DNA of 64,000 nucleotides, from NCBI GenBank assembly GCA_965287045.1, contig OZ336880.1:60264001-60328000 (forward strand). Reading direction: 5' to 3'. This DNA comes from Carcharhinus amblyrhynchos (lineage: Eukaryota). Below the pieces are notes generated by a model. It ran no database searches, was not told the DNA's origin, and saw nothing but the letters and a program-made list of their open reading frames with translations. A program made the position numbers and the translations under genes. This document shows positions 35,640 to 47,790 of the stretch, in pieces. Each line of letters starts with the position of its first letter. Positions within the stretch are counted from its first letter, which is position 1.

Positions 35640-38350
35640 TGTCATAGAAGCACTAGCAAGAATAAGCCATTGTTCAATGAAGTTAGGGCTGATCCATGAC
35701 TGAGCACCATATACTTGCTTTTGTACCGTATCCTTAATAATTTTGGAGAACAAAAATCTCATATTTAAATTGATCCAGCATTAATCGTTGTTCATGGGAG
35801 AGAGTACCAAATTTCTATCACCCTGTGTACGTAGAAGTGTTTCCTAATTTTACTCCCAAAAGTTCCAGCTCTAATTTATAGATTATGCTGGTAATTTTTG
35901 ATTATGTCCAAGACACTCTAGACAACAGAAATAATTTCTGTATCTACTGTATCTATTCCCCTTGATATCTTTATCATCTCTTAACTGTCCAAATTCCAGG
36001 AAGTATAACTTGTTGGTGCAATTTCTATTATTCTGCTGCATGTATATATTGCACTCCCTCCAAGTTCAAGACCAATATTTTCAAAAGCCCCCGCCATCTG
36101 AAGCAGGTCTAATGCAACTTCATTCTCCCAATGTGTGTTGATTAGCAGAAGGCCCTGCACCGGCAAGAGGTCCCACCTTGGAGAGCTGCCAGTCAATCAG
36201 GTTGGCCAGCAGCTCTCCAGTCACTCCAGCAACAGTGCTGCAGTGGCCAGAAGAGGCATAGCAACCAGCTGTCTGGAACAAAGTGCCAGGAACTGGAGGA
36301 AAGGTGAGTGGCAGGTTTTAAAGTGTGGGTGGGGAGAAGGGGTGAATGGGGAGGTGCAGGGAAAGCTTATGGGGTTGCTGTGGGTGGAGGGTTGTTTGGA
36401 GGGCGGGGGGGGGCAGCCAGGATCTCAGGGGGTTGGGGGAGAGGGTGGTCTAGAGGTTATAAAACAATCTGACTCAGAAGGGTGTTTCTGATGGCACATC
36501 CCAAGATAACTTCTGTCTCCCCCCAACTCTGATTCATCATTCGCCTACCCGCCCAACAATTGAGGCCACTTAAGTGTTGCAACTGGGGCAAGGGCAGCTT
36601 CCACTCCAAGGTCCTGCCTGCCCCACTATAAAATTGTGACCAGGTCAGGGTAGTTGGGATCCCAGAGAGAATCTCACCCTTGCAATTTTATGCGAACCCC
36701 CAGCCCTGCCTCGGAACCCATTTGGGGGAGTATAAAGGCTGAAGAGATTGTTCCTAAGCTGTACTGCCCAGATGTGCTGACAGTACTCCAGGTGTGGCCT
36801 AACCAGCGTTTTGTATAACTAAGCATAACTTCCCTCCCATTATGTTTTACTCCCCTAGATATAGAAGGTAGCGTTCCATTAGCTTCCTTGATTACTTTCT
36901 GTACCTGTTTCATGACATTTTAATGAGCTATCGAGTTGGACCCCTATGTTCCTTCGGACCACCACTGTTACTAAATAAATTTTCACCATTTAAAAAGTGT
37001 CCTGATCTGTTATTTTAGGACCATACTGGATGACTTCACACTTGCCAACGTTGATATTGATTTTCCACTGTTTTGACCATTCACTTAATCTATCAATGTA
37101 TGTTTGTAACTTTATGCACCCAAACACTGCTTATAATGCTATTTTTGTGTCATCAAAATATTTGTGTATGTGACTTTCTATCCCAATATTCTAATTTTGA
37201 CCATATGAAGAAAATAGTTGAATCCTAAATATAGATCCTTGCACTGTTCACATCCTGCTAATTAAAGGACCTGCCCATCATCTCCGCTCTCTGTCTCCTA
37301 TCGTTCCATTGGTTTCCTAACAAGGTTTACCTTCAATTTCATGGCTTCACATTTAGCTCATTGTCCCTTAAGAGAGTCTTCATCAAATATCTTCTGGAAG
37401 TCATATCGATAAAACGTTACCCTGTCTTTTTCAAATGTTCACCTTATGCTTTAATTTCCCGATAATTGATGATTGGTTAACTGATCTATAATTTCCTGGT
37501 TTTCCCTCCTCAACTTGCTTATTTAGTGAAGTGACGAGCACAACTTTCCAAATTAAAGGAATGGTTCACATTCAAGGGAGCTTTGGAAAATTATAGCTCG
37601 GTCATCTGCAATGTTCTCACCTATTTCCTTTAAAATCCTGAGATGGAAACCATCTGCTTGTGGAGATTTGTCACTTTGTATTGCCATTATTTTCTTTATT
37701 ACTGTTATTTGGTTTACACTAATTTTGGTGAGTTCCTGTTTCTGATTCAATATTGGCTTTCTTGGGATTTCCAGCATGCTGATCTCTGTAAATACCCATG
37801 TTAATTATTCAGCATGTTCTCCATTTCCCTATTTTCACTGACAATGTTGCCATTGTCAGTTGTTAAGAACTCCACATTTCTCCTGACTCTGTACCAGCCT
37901 CTTTTTCTAACATAAGTGTAACAAAATGGTTGTGTTGATTTTAATTTCCCTAGTAAGTGCCTTTTTATACTCCTAGTGTATAGCACTTGCTACCTGTTTT
38001 ATCACCCTTTGCTGTTGTTTGTATTTTTCCAAAGTTGTTGGGATCTGTGCTAGTTTTTGCATTTTCTTATACTTTTTCTTAATTGATAGAAATTTATAGC
38101 GCAGAAGGGGGCCACGTTCGACAGTGTCTGTGTCAGCCGTGAAGCAGCGATCTGACTTAACCCCACTTTCCCCTTTTGGCCCAAAGCTTTGTAGTTTATA
38201 AGACTTCATATCCAAACTGTTTTTTACCAGTAGCCATCCATTACTTTTTTTGGCAGATAGTGCTATTACCCCTTTGAGCTACAAATGGGTTCTGTGTTAT
38301 GTTAAATTCTTTATTGAATACCTACCATTGATCTTCTGACATTTTATCTA
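35640..38350 (-). mobile_element. Long, old CR1 LINE, interrupted by a G-rich element at about 36015-36742
   Basis: QVQKVIKEANGTLPSISRGV; SDKSPQADGFHLRILKEIGENIADDRAIIFQSSL; KPF-like STQPFCYTYVRKR. Confidence 0.85.
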
Positions 38351-38653
38351 GTTTTTTTACTCATAAACTTTGAACATTCAGACTGAACCAAATTGTTTAC
38401 AACCTTTTGCTTCTTTTTGAGTGTGCACTCAACTTTCAACCCCAGTTACTCTCCGTAACAAACATCAGCGACTTCTACTTCCATAAACTTGACTATCCCT
38501 TCCCCTACTGTAGCTAATCTGCCACTGAAACTTTCACTCGTGTTATTGTCGCCTCCATTCTCAAATATTCCACTTTCTCCTTCCTGACTGGTTTCCCATC
38601 TTCCACTTTTCATAAATATCAGTTCACCCAAAGCTTTGCTGTCCATATCTTAG

Positions 38654-39559
38654 AACATAAGAACATAAGAAATAGGAGCAGGAGTAGGCCATCTAGCCCT
38701 TCGAGCCTGCCCCGCCATTCAATAAGATCATGGCTGATCTGTCGCTGCTCAGTTCCATTTTCCCGCCCTCTCCCTATAACCCTTAATCCCCTCTCTTATC
38801 AAAAACCCATCAACCCGCGTCTTAAAAATATTTAGCGAGGCAGCCTCCACCACTTCAACAGGCAGAGAATTCCAGAGATTCACCACCCTTTGAGTGAAGA
38901 AGTTCCTCCTCAACTCCGTTCTAAACCGCCCCCCTTTTATCTTGAGGCTGTGCCCCCTAGTCCTACTGTCTTTTTTGAGCGGGAAGAGTCTCTCCACCTC
39001 TATCCTATCCATCCCATTCATTATCTTATACGTCTCAATGAGATCTCCCCTCATTCTTCTAAACTCTAACGAGTACAAGCCCAGTTTATTCAGCCTCTCC
39101 TCATAGCTCAACCCCCTCAACTCTGGTATCAGCCTAGTAAACCTCCTCTGCACTCCCTCCAAGGCCAAAATATCTTTGCGCAGGTGCGGCGCCCAAAACT
39201 GCACACAGTACTCCAGCTGCGGCCTCACCAATGCCCTATACAGCCGCAGCAAGACCTCCCTACTTTTATATTCAATCCCCCTCGCTATGAAGGCCAGCAT
39301 CCCATTTGCCTTCCTGACCACCTGCAAGCTGGGTTTTTGCGACTCATGCACAAGGACCCCGAGGTCCCTCTGCACCGTCGCCTGCTGCAGTTTTTCGCCA
39401 CGTAAGTAATAGTCCTTCCTACCATTCTTCCTACCAAAGTGGACCACCTCACACTTGCCAACATTAAATTCCATTTGCCATTTCCTGGCCCATTCGCCCA
39501 GCCTATCTAGATCCTTCTGCAGACTCTCCACACCCTCCGCACAATTTGCCGTTCCCCCA
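38654..39559 (-). mobile_element. Very young 5'-truncated CR1 LINE with an uninterrupted ORF2 C-terminus, 3' UTR and (TTCTTATG)n tail
   Basis: About 270 stop-free codons from TKIGG to RAGKWN*; CpGs retained; ATCTTAG at both junctions (38647-38653 and 39560-39566). Confidence 0.95.
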
Positions 39560-40129
39560 ATCTTAGTCCACACATCTGTCATCTCAGTCCTCTCTCAGCT
39601 ACTTAGCAGTCTGGTGCCTAAAGTTTAATATTCTCATCCTTGTATTTAAAATCTTCCATGATCTCACCACCCTCTGATTCTGTAACTTCCAGCACTACAG
39701 CCTCTCACCACAGAACGCTCCAATTTTCACTCTTTGATTCCCTTCCCTTCACCCTTTGCAGATGTGTCTTCAGCTATTTATTGATTCCATCTGTAAATCC
39801 TACTAACTCTCCATCTCCTTAAAACCGTCATTGGTCAACATCTTGGTCATCGATAAGAATGACCTTGTCTTTGACATGGTGTCACTTATTTTCCTCATTT
39901 ATCTATAAAGTGCCTTGGGAAGTTTTTTGCCATTCTAAAGCTACCACATGAGTGCCAGCTGTTGTTGTACAAGGTGAGAGGTCAGAGAATTGGAAGGCTG
40001 CTTGCAGTTGCCCTTTCTTATGGATATCTTGTATTTGGGGAAAAAAGAGATTGCAAGAACTGAAAATGGCTTTTTGACTTGCTGGACTCCAGGTGTTAGC
40101 ATGTGCCAAACAATTAAATTCCATGTTAA

Positions 40130-40312
40130 AATAAAAGCAAAATAATGCTGCTATTGGGGATTTGAAATATAAACAAAGTACTGGAAAAATTTAGCTCTGG
40201 TAGGATCTGATGAGAGTTTGAAGAAGTTATATTCCACTCGAAATGTTAACTCTGCTCCTTACTGCACAGATGCTGCCAGACCTGCTGACTTTTTCCATCA
40301 CTTTCTGTCTGA
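40130..40312. mobile_element. Penelope-like inverted pseudo-LTR palindrome, same family as 3058-4203
   Basis: ctggaaaaatttagctctggtaggatctg ... ctcgaaatgttaactctgctccttactgcacagatgctgccagacctgctgactttttcca. Confidence 0.65.
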
Positions 40313-40479
40313 ATTAAATATCATGTGTGGCTTATAATGGGATTAGTTATATGCGATTATGAGTAAAGGAACATTTCCAAATGATAGTCACTGATATTAG
40401 GGGGCACTGACTTGCTGATGGGAAGCAATTCAACAACTTTATTAACATTTGGGGACTCATTCTAATCATCAGATGTGAT

Positions 40480-40800
40480 TACTGCACACATTTTTGGAAG
40501 GTTGGTGGCTTCTCTTATCTTGTGACAACCATTGAAAGTACCGTTAGAAGCCTTCAATGCAAGTAAGACCTCACTCTTCTGCCTCACCTCGTGCAGAAGC
40601 ACTTTTGTAGTTGCATTGGTGAGCCTGAGGGCTTTGAATCTTCCTGCAAGGATGGCAGACCTTTTCCATGCTCTGTGTAATTCTATTTCCTTAGCTACCT
40701 GACATTTGAACCTGCTGTGAAGGCTTTTAAAATTATAAGGACAGCTCTTATTGCCCACTCCATACACAACCCCAAATGGGCAAGCTCCCAACTTGTGGTG
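40480..40800 (-). mobile_element. Decayed Harbinger Myb-like fragment
   Basis: KALRLTNATTKVLLHEVRQKSEVL resembles RAPRFSxxxLEVLLxEVxxRxxVL. Confidence 0.45.
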
Positions 40801-41419
40801 TTTGTGACTCCTGGATGTTACCCTGATTTATGTAAATTAGGCTGATCCCAGAAATTACAGTGGTGTCAAGGAATTCCATGCTGACAGGGTGGGAATCATG
40901 TCTATGGCTGTCCATCCTGCAGGACTATGTTCAATATAGAAGGGAGCTTGAAAACCCAAGCTGAGCCATTCCCATTAAAAAGTTACATTTAACTCAAAAG
41001 ACAAGTCAATGGCAAGTCTGCTTACTGTCAAGTTGTTCTGCTCCAGTATAAATTTCCTCTTGGGACTAATGATAATTCCCTCTTAGTACTAATGCTTTTG
41101 TCTTATTCTAATGTGTCCATCAAGCACTGAACGGTGCAATGGTTCTTAAAGCAAGTTTAGATGACAAAGGTTGCAGTGCCTCTTAAGTAGTAGCTTTCCA
41201 AATCACCTACTTTTGGCCATTGTGAGAAGCTTTCTTCAGATCATGAGATGCGTGCCCCCAGAGATGCATTGTCATCGTTATTAGATTATTAAATGTTAGT
41301 TGCTTTTGTGGACTCAGATGCACTTTATACTCTTCTGAAATGATTACTTCTTTGGAGTTGGAAAGTGAAGAGCAACTTTCTCTATCAGTTCCTTTTGGAA
41401 AAACTCCATGTCCACTAAA

Positions 41420-41725
41420 TGGGTGGCACAGTGGTTAGCACTGCTGCCTCACAGCATCAGGGACCCGGGTTCAATTCCGCCCTCGGGGCACTGTTTGTGT
41501 GGAGTTTGCACATTTTCCCTGTGTCTGCATGGGTGTCCTCTGGGTGCTCTGGTTTCCTCCCACAGCCCAAAGATTAGGTTGATTGGCCATGCTAAATTGC
41601 CCCTAGTGTCAGGGGATTAACAGGCTAAATATGTGGGGTTATGGGAATAGGGCTCAGCTGGGATTGTGGTTGGTGCAGACTTGATGGGCCAAATAGCCTC
41701 TTCTGCACTGTAGAGATTCTATGAA
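41420..41725 (+). mobile_element. Full-length HE1 SINE
   Basis: gggtggcacagtggttagcactgctgcctcacagcatcagggacccgggttcaattcc...ctgtagagattctatga. Confidence 0.92.
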
Positions 41726-42631
41726 ATGTTGCCCTTGTCTCTGGATGTTCACCAGGTTGACTGAGACAGACATTGAGAGCAGTTTTGCAATGCCCCAGTT
41801 TACTGAGGTTTCACCTCAAAGGGAAAAAGCGCTTTTAGATTCTTTTCATCCTTGTGTTGCATATCAGAAAGTGCAGAATTGAAAATACCCTATTTCAAAC
41901 ATGGAATAATAATAACTGGAAGTGATTGTAGCATCATCGGTGTGATCTGTCAACATTCATTTGGGAAATATATAAATCAGCAATATAGAATCTGCAGTTC
42001 CATTCAGAGTTCTTCAAAACTTGGGCTGTGCTGATTTTCCAGAGAGACACCAGTTCAGATAAGAACCTGAGTCCTGACAGTGAATTAACAAGCTTGGGTA
42101 TTGTGGCATTGCTCACAGTAATTTCTCCAGGAGTTCTGATTTCCTGGCATAACTTCAGTGAAAGATCTACAGAAAGTCCAGGAAACTACACAAACAGCCT
42201 TTGCAGCCATTTCCTCAGGGTTTCAGCTGACTTTGCACTGATGTTCCAACAGGAGATTGGAGAACCCTGAAAAGTTCTACCCAGTATTTTCTGTCCTGCA
42301 CAGTGATGTTGTTCAGCCACTAAAATAGAGCTGTGGTTTAATCTGTTTTGTCCCTTTAAGTTCAAGTAAATAATTAAGTGGAATATAGGATACGATAGCA
42401 TAGCCAGTACATTACCGGACTAGTAATTCAGAGTCTGGGACTAGTGGTCAATAGACATGAGTTCAAATCACATCATGGGAGTAGGAAATTAAAATAATTT
42501 AATAAAATAAATTTGGAATAAAAAGCTGATATCAATAATAATATCAGTATATCAATAATAATCACAATTAATCTGATTGTAGTAACCACTGCACATTCCT
42601 CATGGATACGATCATGTCTTCACACTTGGGT

Positions 42632-42770
42632 TTAAAGTTTATTAGTGTCACAAGTAGGCTTACATTAACTCTGCAATGAAGTTACTGTGAAAATCCCCTA
42701 GTTGCCACACTCAGGCACCTATTTGGATACGCTGAGGGAGAATTTAGCATGGCCAGTGCACCTGACCATC
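42632..42770 (-). mobile_element. HE1-like SINE alternative-tail fragment
   Basis: aaagtttattagtgtcacaagtaggcttacattaactctgcaatgaagttactgtgaaaatcccc. Confidence 0.8.
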
Positions 42771-43809
42771 TGGACACCGTGGACATGGGAACACCTTCCA
42801 TTGTGTTGTGTGGCACTGTCATCATGCTAAAAGCAGTAGGTTCAGGGCAGATCTAGCATTTTGAAACTCCGTATCCACAAGGTGATGTGTGTCATCAGCA
42901 GCACAATCTGTAACTCCACGGCCCGGAGTAGCCCTCAATCTACCATTAGCATTGCACTGGAGGACCAACCCTGTTTCAGTGAAGAGGGTAGAAGATCAAG
43001 CCAGCATGCCTGGTGGAGCATTAAGTGTACATGATGAAAATTAGCTAAGAGGTGAAGTTGTAAAGTAACATGGTAGCATGACACAGGCAGAGTTAAGCAA
43101 TCCAATAATCAATAGACCATTTCAAAGGTCTGTGGACCTGCTGCACCCAAGCATTAATGGAGGTGGACAATTGAACAACAATGACAGGAAGAGGTTCCAG
43201 GAACATACCTACTTACAATGACGGGGGTACTCAGCATGTCAGTGCAAAAGATAAGTCTTAAGCATTTACAGTCATCTTCAGTCAATATCAAGATTCTAAA
43301 TTTGTCTGTGATAGTCTTATTCCTTATGGTCATAAATCCGTAGTACGAAGCTGTCTTCACATTCATCATTGACACCAGTCATTCACAAGCTTTGTCAAAT
43401 GTTGCCACAGATACAGATGGTGTATTTTAGTGCGTGCTACTGTGAAAAACGAACTATTAATAACCATTTTGGCTGCAATTAAACTATGCAGATTTTTATC
43501 TGGAAAAACTGATATCTAGCAATCTTCTTTCAGAAGAGCTTTCAGGAATCATCTGAGTATTCAAATAACTTTCTTCTGCTATTGAAAACAAGTAATTTAC
43601 ACTGACCTACCTTCCTAAACAGCAGTGCTTTCTAGAGGTAGAAGAACTGGGTTTTATTTTATCCAAATATGCCTTTTGTAGAAGCTAATGAGAACCAAGT
43701 TTTGTCAGTATTGAATATAACAGAGGATAGATTACTGATTGAAATTTATGATTTTGAGCCAAATCAGCAGATCAAAACTGAAAATCTAGAGAAAAGATCA
43801 AATGAAAAG

Positions 43810-44025
43810 TATTTTTTTGTTCATTCTTCTGTGGATATCACTGGCAAGGCCAGCATTTGTTGTCCATCCCTAATTGCCCTTGAACTGAGTGGCTTGTGAG
43901 GCCATTTCTGAGGGCAGTTAAGAGGCAGTCACATTACTGTGGATCTGGAGTCACACGTAGGCCCTACCGGGCAAGGAAGGCAGATTTCCTTCCCCCAAGG
44001 ACATTAATGACTCAGATGGGAATTA
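43810..44025 (-). mobile_element. 3' half of the SINE with L2/Crack-like tail
   Basis: aaggccagcatttgttgtccatccctaattgcccttgaactgagtggc...aaggcagatttccttcccc. Confidence 0.8.
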
Positions 44026-44779
44026 TGCTCTAGAGCACGTTACATTCACTGAAACCATCCAACCTTTTGTGCTTTTTGTACAAGGGAATCGATGAAAAGT
44101 ATAGCATTTGAATCAACAAATAATTTCAAACACCAGTGATTATGAACTACACTTTGCATATTTAATAATTTGATAGAAAGAATAGCAGTAGGCTTTAATT
44201 TCAACCTCAGATCAGCACAGTGTTACTACTTTGCGAGTGCCATGAAATGCCAGACTTGAGACAATTCTGGATTGTGATCTAGAGCCGGAGATTTGGGTGT
44301 TCTTGTATGTGAATCACGAAAGTTAGAAGGTAGGTACAGGAGTTGATTAAGAAGGCAAATGGAATATTGGCAGTAACTGCAAGGGAGATAAAGCATAAAA
44401 CTATATAAAGTTACAACTGTACAGTGCATTGGTGAGACTGCACTTGGAGTACTGTGCACAGTTTTGGTTACCTTACTTGCAGCAGAAACAGTTCAAAGGG
44501 ATTTCACCAGGCTGACTTCCAGGACAAGAGTGTTGTTTTACAAGGGAAGGATGTGCTCACTCGAGTTCAGATGAATGAGCTGTGATGTGATTGAAATCAC
44601 ATTGGTTTCACTGAAACTCCTAGCCCTCTGATTGGTGAGCCTGTGAATGCCATGACAGCGCTTACAACTTTAAGATCATCGTATCATGTAGGATCCTGCA
44701 GAAACAGTGTCTTAATCCTTTACTGGTATCAGCAGACAGAACAGGCATGCATGCTTGTGAAATTTTTTTTATCCTAGTC

Positions 44780-46010
44780 AATCTATCTGTCTTCATGCAG
44801 GACAAGATCCCCATTAACAGAAGTGAGAGAGCCAGGAGTGGAGGCACAATCGTGGAGTTGAGGAAACTCTCCCCAGTTTGAGCGACAGGCTGCAGACCTG
44901 GCTGGAGAGGATCGAGATTATTCCTGCACACAAGATGTGATTGGCCTCCCCCAGCAAACCAGTGAAGGTGCAGCCAGTATGCATCACCCACATGCAGACA
45001 GTGACTGTAAGAAGTCTGATGACTGTAGGAGGCTGCCCCGTCAATCTCTAACCCTTGCTTCTCTCTGTTCCAGGTACCAGTAAGAAAAAATGAAGAATGT
45101 CCTCCTGACTGAGCCCTAGCCCCAGGCCATCCCTGAGCAGGAAGCAGGGCTACCGTTTGATGTAGAACTGTCACTGTATTTACCCGCATCCTCCACCAAT
45201 GCAGATACACGCACCTTGGAGGGTCCTGGTTCGAGAATGGGCTTGGGTTCACAGCCTGATGATCACCTCACAAACACAGGCCGACAGCTGGCAGACACAG
45301 TGACAGCCGAGAACTGCTGGAGACCACGTCCTGCTGAGAATGAGTCCAGTGACAAGCCTTTGGAATGACCCTGAGACATGTTGGAGATGCAGCAACAGGC
45401 AAGAGGACTTTAGGCAGGGTTCTCAGAGGCCGTAACCAGCCAGAAGTGAAGGATGGAGGAGTCCATCCACATTCTGTCCAATATCATGGCCTCAGCACGT
45501 GAGCACATTGACATCTCCATGCGAAGGGTGGCAGCTGCCTTGGAAACCCAGGTCCAGCAATTTCTGCTGCATTTGTGCTCGTACCTGCACATCATTGCTG
45601 TAGCCATCGTTCCAGCGGTGGTTAGACAAGAGGACGATGTGGGCACCTCTACCTTTGTCCAGGTCCCCCTTCTTCTCAAAGGGTTGGGGAGGAGCCAATG
45701 GGCACTCAGAGAGAGGAGGAGTGCCAGCTAGGAACCCCCGAGACATCCACTCAGGACTGTTCAAGGGTGTCCTGCTGCTCCAAGTCCCCTCTGCCAGTCA
45801 CCACATCAACTCCATCTGTCAGGGTGGGGAGGGCGCTCCTACCTCAGTGCAGGAGACCTTTCACAGGCCAGGACCATCCAAGCATCAGGCTCACCAAATT
45901 CATCTCAGTTAACAGGGGAAAGCAGTCAGCAGGCTACATCCACCTCTGCGATGTTGTCAGGGCTGCTTCTAAACATAGCAGTAAGCTTAGGAAAATGAAG
46001 AAGTTTTAAC
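44780..46010 (+). mobile_element. Harbinger Myb-like gene remnant (downstream exons and coiled-coil region)
   Basis: ERARSGGTIVELRKLSP / FERQAADLAGEDRD (RxxTGGG motif); MEESIHILSNIMASAREHIDISMRRVAAALETQVQQ. Confidence 0.6.
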
Positions 46011-47449
46011 TGCACACTGAAAGCTTGAGTATTTACTCATTGTACATGCTGTTCACTTCTGTAAATCTCTCTCCAAGTCTCAGGGATTGAATAGCTAATC
46101 TATGTGACTCCCATCTGGATCATCAGTGCATTCATCCTCACACAATCCCATCACAGTGAGTAGCCTTTATTTGCCCATCTTTGATCTCAGTAAAGGCACA
46201 TCCTACGTGAGAATGATGGCTGGCCAATAATACAGGTTTCATCTTTAAATGTCAAACAAATGTTATTTGGGTTCAGGAGAATTACTCATCAAGGTTAGTG
46301 ATTATTTTGATGTTGTCTCACTGAAGTCTGTTATTTGTGGATGGCACAATTATTTGTCTCGACTAACATTATAATCATTTCTTCAAAGTATGCTTTGCAG
46401 TGGTGTTTATTTGATGAGAGTGAGAATTTGATAAAAGTTATGTCAAAAGCTGAGTACCATCAGCTTTCATGCCTCTTCCACTTGATATCATGTCCGTGCT
46501 TAAGACTGAACATCATTCCAGGCTGAGTTCCCATTCTTCCTATGTATGGTGCTGAACTAGGGAAGTGCAGGGTCAATTGGGAGTATTACAAATGCCCGCC
46601 AGTGGGAAATGAGTGTGTACTGTCAGAGGCGTATGCTTATATTGATGAAGGTGTCTCCTTTCCTGTGAAGATCTTATACTGCTCCTGAACAGCTGCTTTG
46701 TGATGCTTTACATGATCCTTGTGTAAAGGCGCAGCACAGTGCTCAATATGAAATTACTTGCATGACTTTGCACTCCTTGAAATAGGGTATATAGAAAGGA
46801 TTAGCCTTTGTGAATTGGACCATGTTGTGGACTATCATTCTCCGAAAGCAATGCTTTTGCACATCTCCTAATTCCTCAGCAGAGTCTATGAAGGGAAGAT
46901 GTCTATGACTGCTGTGTCAATGCCAACTGAGCCATATTTCTCCCTAATGCAAAGGTCGCCCAGGGCAGAAACTTAAGATGCTTCGAGCAAATACGAGGTC
47001 CTGAGTGTCTGCAACTAATCAAACCACTGTCCTGATGAGGCACCCTCTGTGAGGACAATGCAAACAAACCTTACTGGGAAACACTTGGTGAGGGTATGCC
47101 GTCAGCAGGATTGTAACATCCCACTGTCATTGGCCGCAGCAAGATTTCAGCAATAAGAGTTCTCTGGATTTGCTTGCTCTCTAGATGCCTGAGCGCAAAT
47201 CATTGAAGAATGTTTTTTGTGTTTGGGTTGCGTCACTAAGCTGGTGTTGTACTGACATGAGTACATCCACATTTGAACTAGCTTTTCCACTGCTTGAGAG
47301 CCGCTATGTCCACTGAGCTAGTGATGCCATGATCAAAAGGACCATTCTGTGGAGTTGCAAAAGGATGTGTGTGAACAGATTGCTAATCGCATTCCACAGT
47401 GGCTACATGTTGCCAAGTTTACTATGCTTTCCAGGCCACAACTGCAATT

Positions 47450-47790
47450 GATGTCATGGCAGTAATGCCAATGGATTAGTAACACAGAGACTCAGGCTAA
47501 TACCCTGGATCTGGGTTTAAATCCTACCATGGCAGCTGATGGAATTTAAATTCAGTTCATTAAATTTTGAATTAAAAGCAAGTCTCAAAATGATGCAATG
47601 AAACTATCAATGTAAAAACCCACCCCTAATGATCTTTAAAGAAGGATAATCTACTATCCTTACCTGATCTGGCTGACATGACGCTCTTAACTGTCCTCGG
47701 AAATGGCCCGCTCAAGAGAAACTAGAGAGGGACAACAAATGTTGTCCTTGACAGTGATGACTATATCCCATCAAAGAATTAAGAAAAGTT
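47450..47790 (+). mobile_element. tRNA-derived SINE with L2/Crack-like tail
   Basis: ggattagtaacacagagactcaggctaat...ggtttaaatcctaccatggcagctg...atcccatcaaagaatt. Confidence 0.7.

Noticed and set aside
38749-39582. Longest ORF (277 aa) as a host or domesticated gene
   Set aside because: It is a 5'-truncated CR1 ORF2 end with LINE 3' UTR, tail and TSD; the start codon comes from flanking DNA and the RT catalytic DD is lost.
41420-41490. tRNA-like A/B boxes (also at other SINE heads)
   Set aside because: They continue directly into SINE core sequence and do not form a complete cloverleaf.
46550-46900. Possible Harbinger transposase core on the - strand (HRKGDTFINI resembling NRKGxxSIN)
   Set aside because: Too decayed to call as a feature by eye; mentioned only as tentative.
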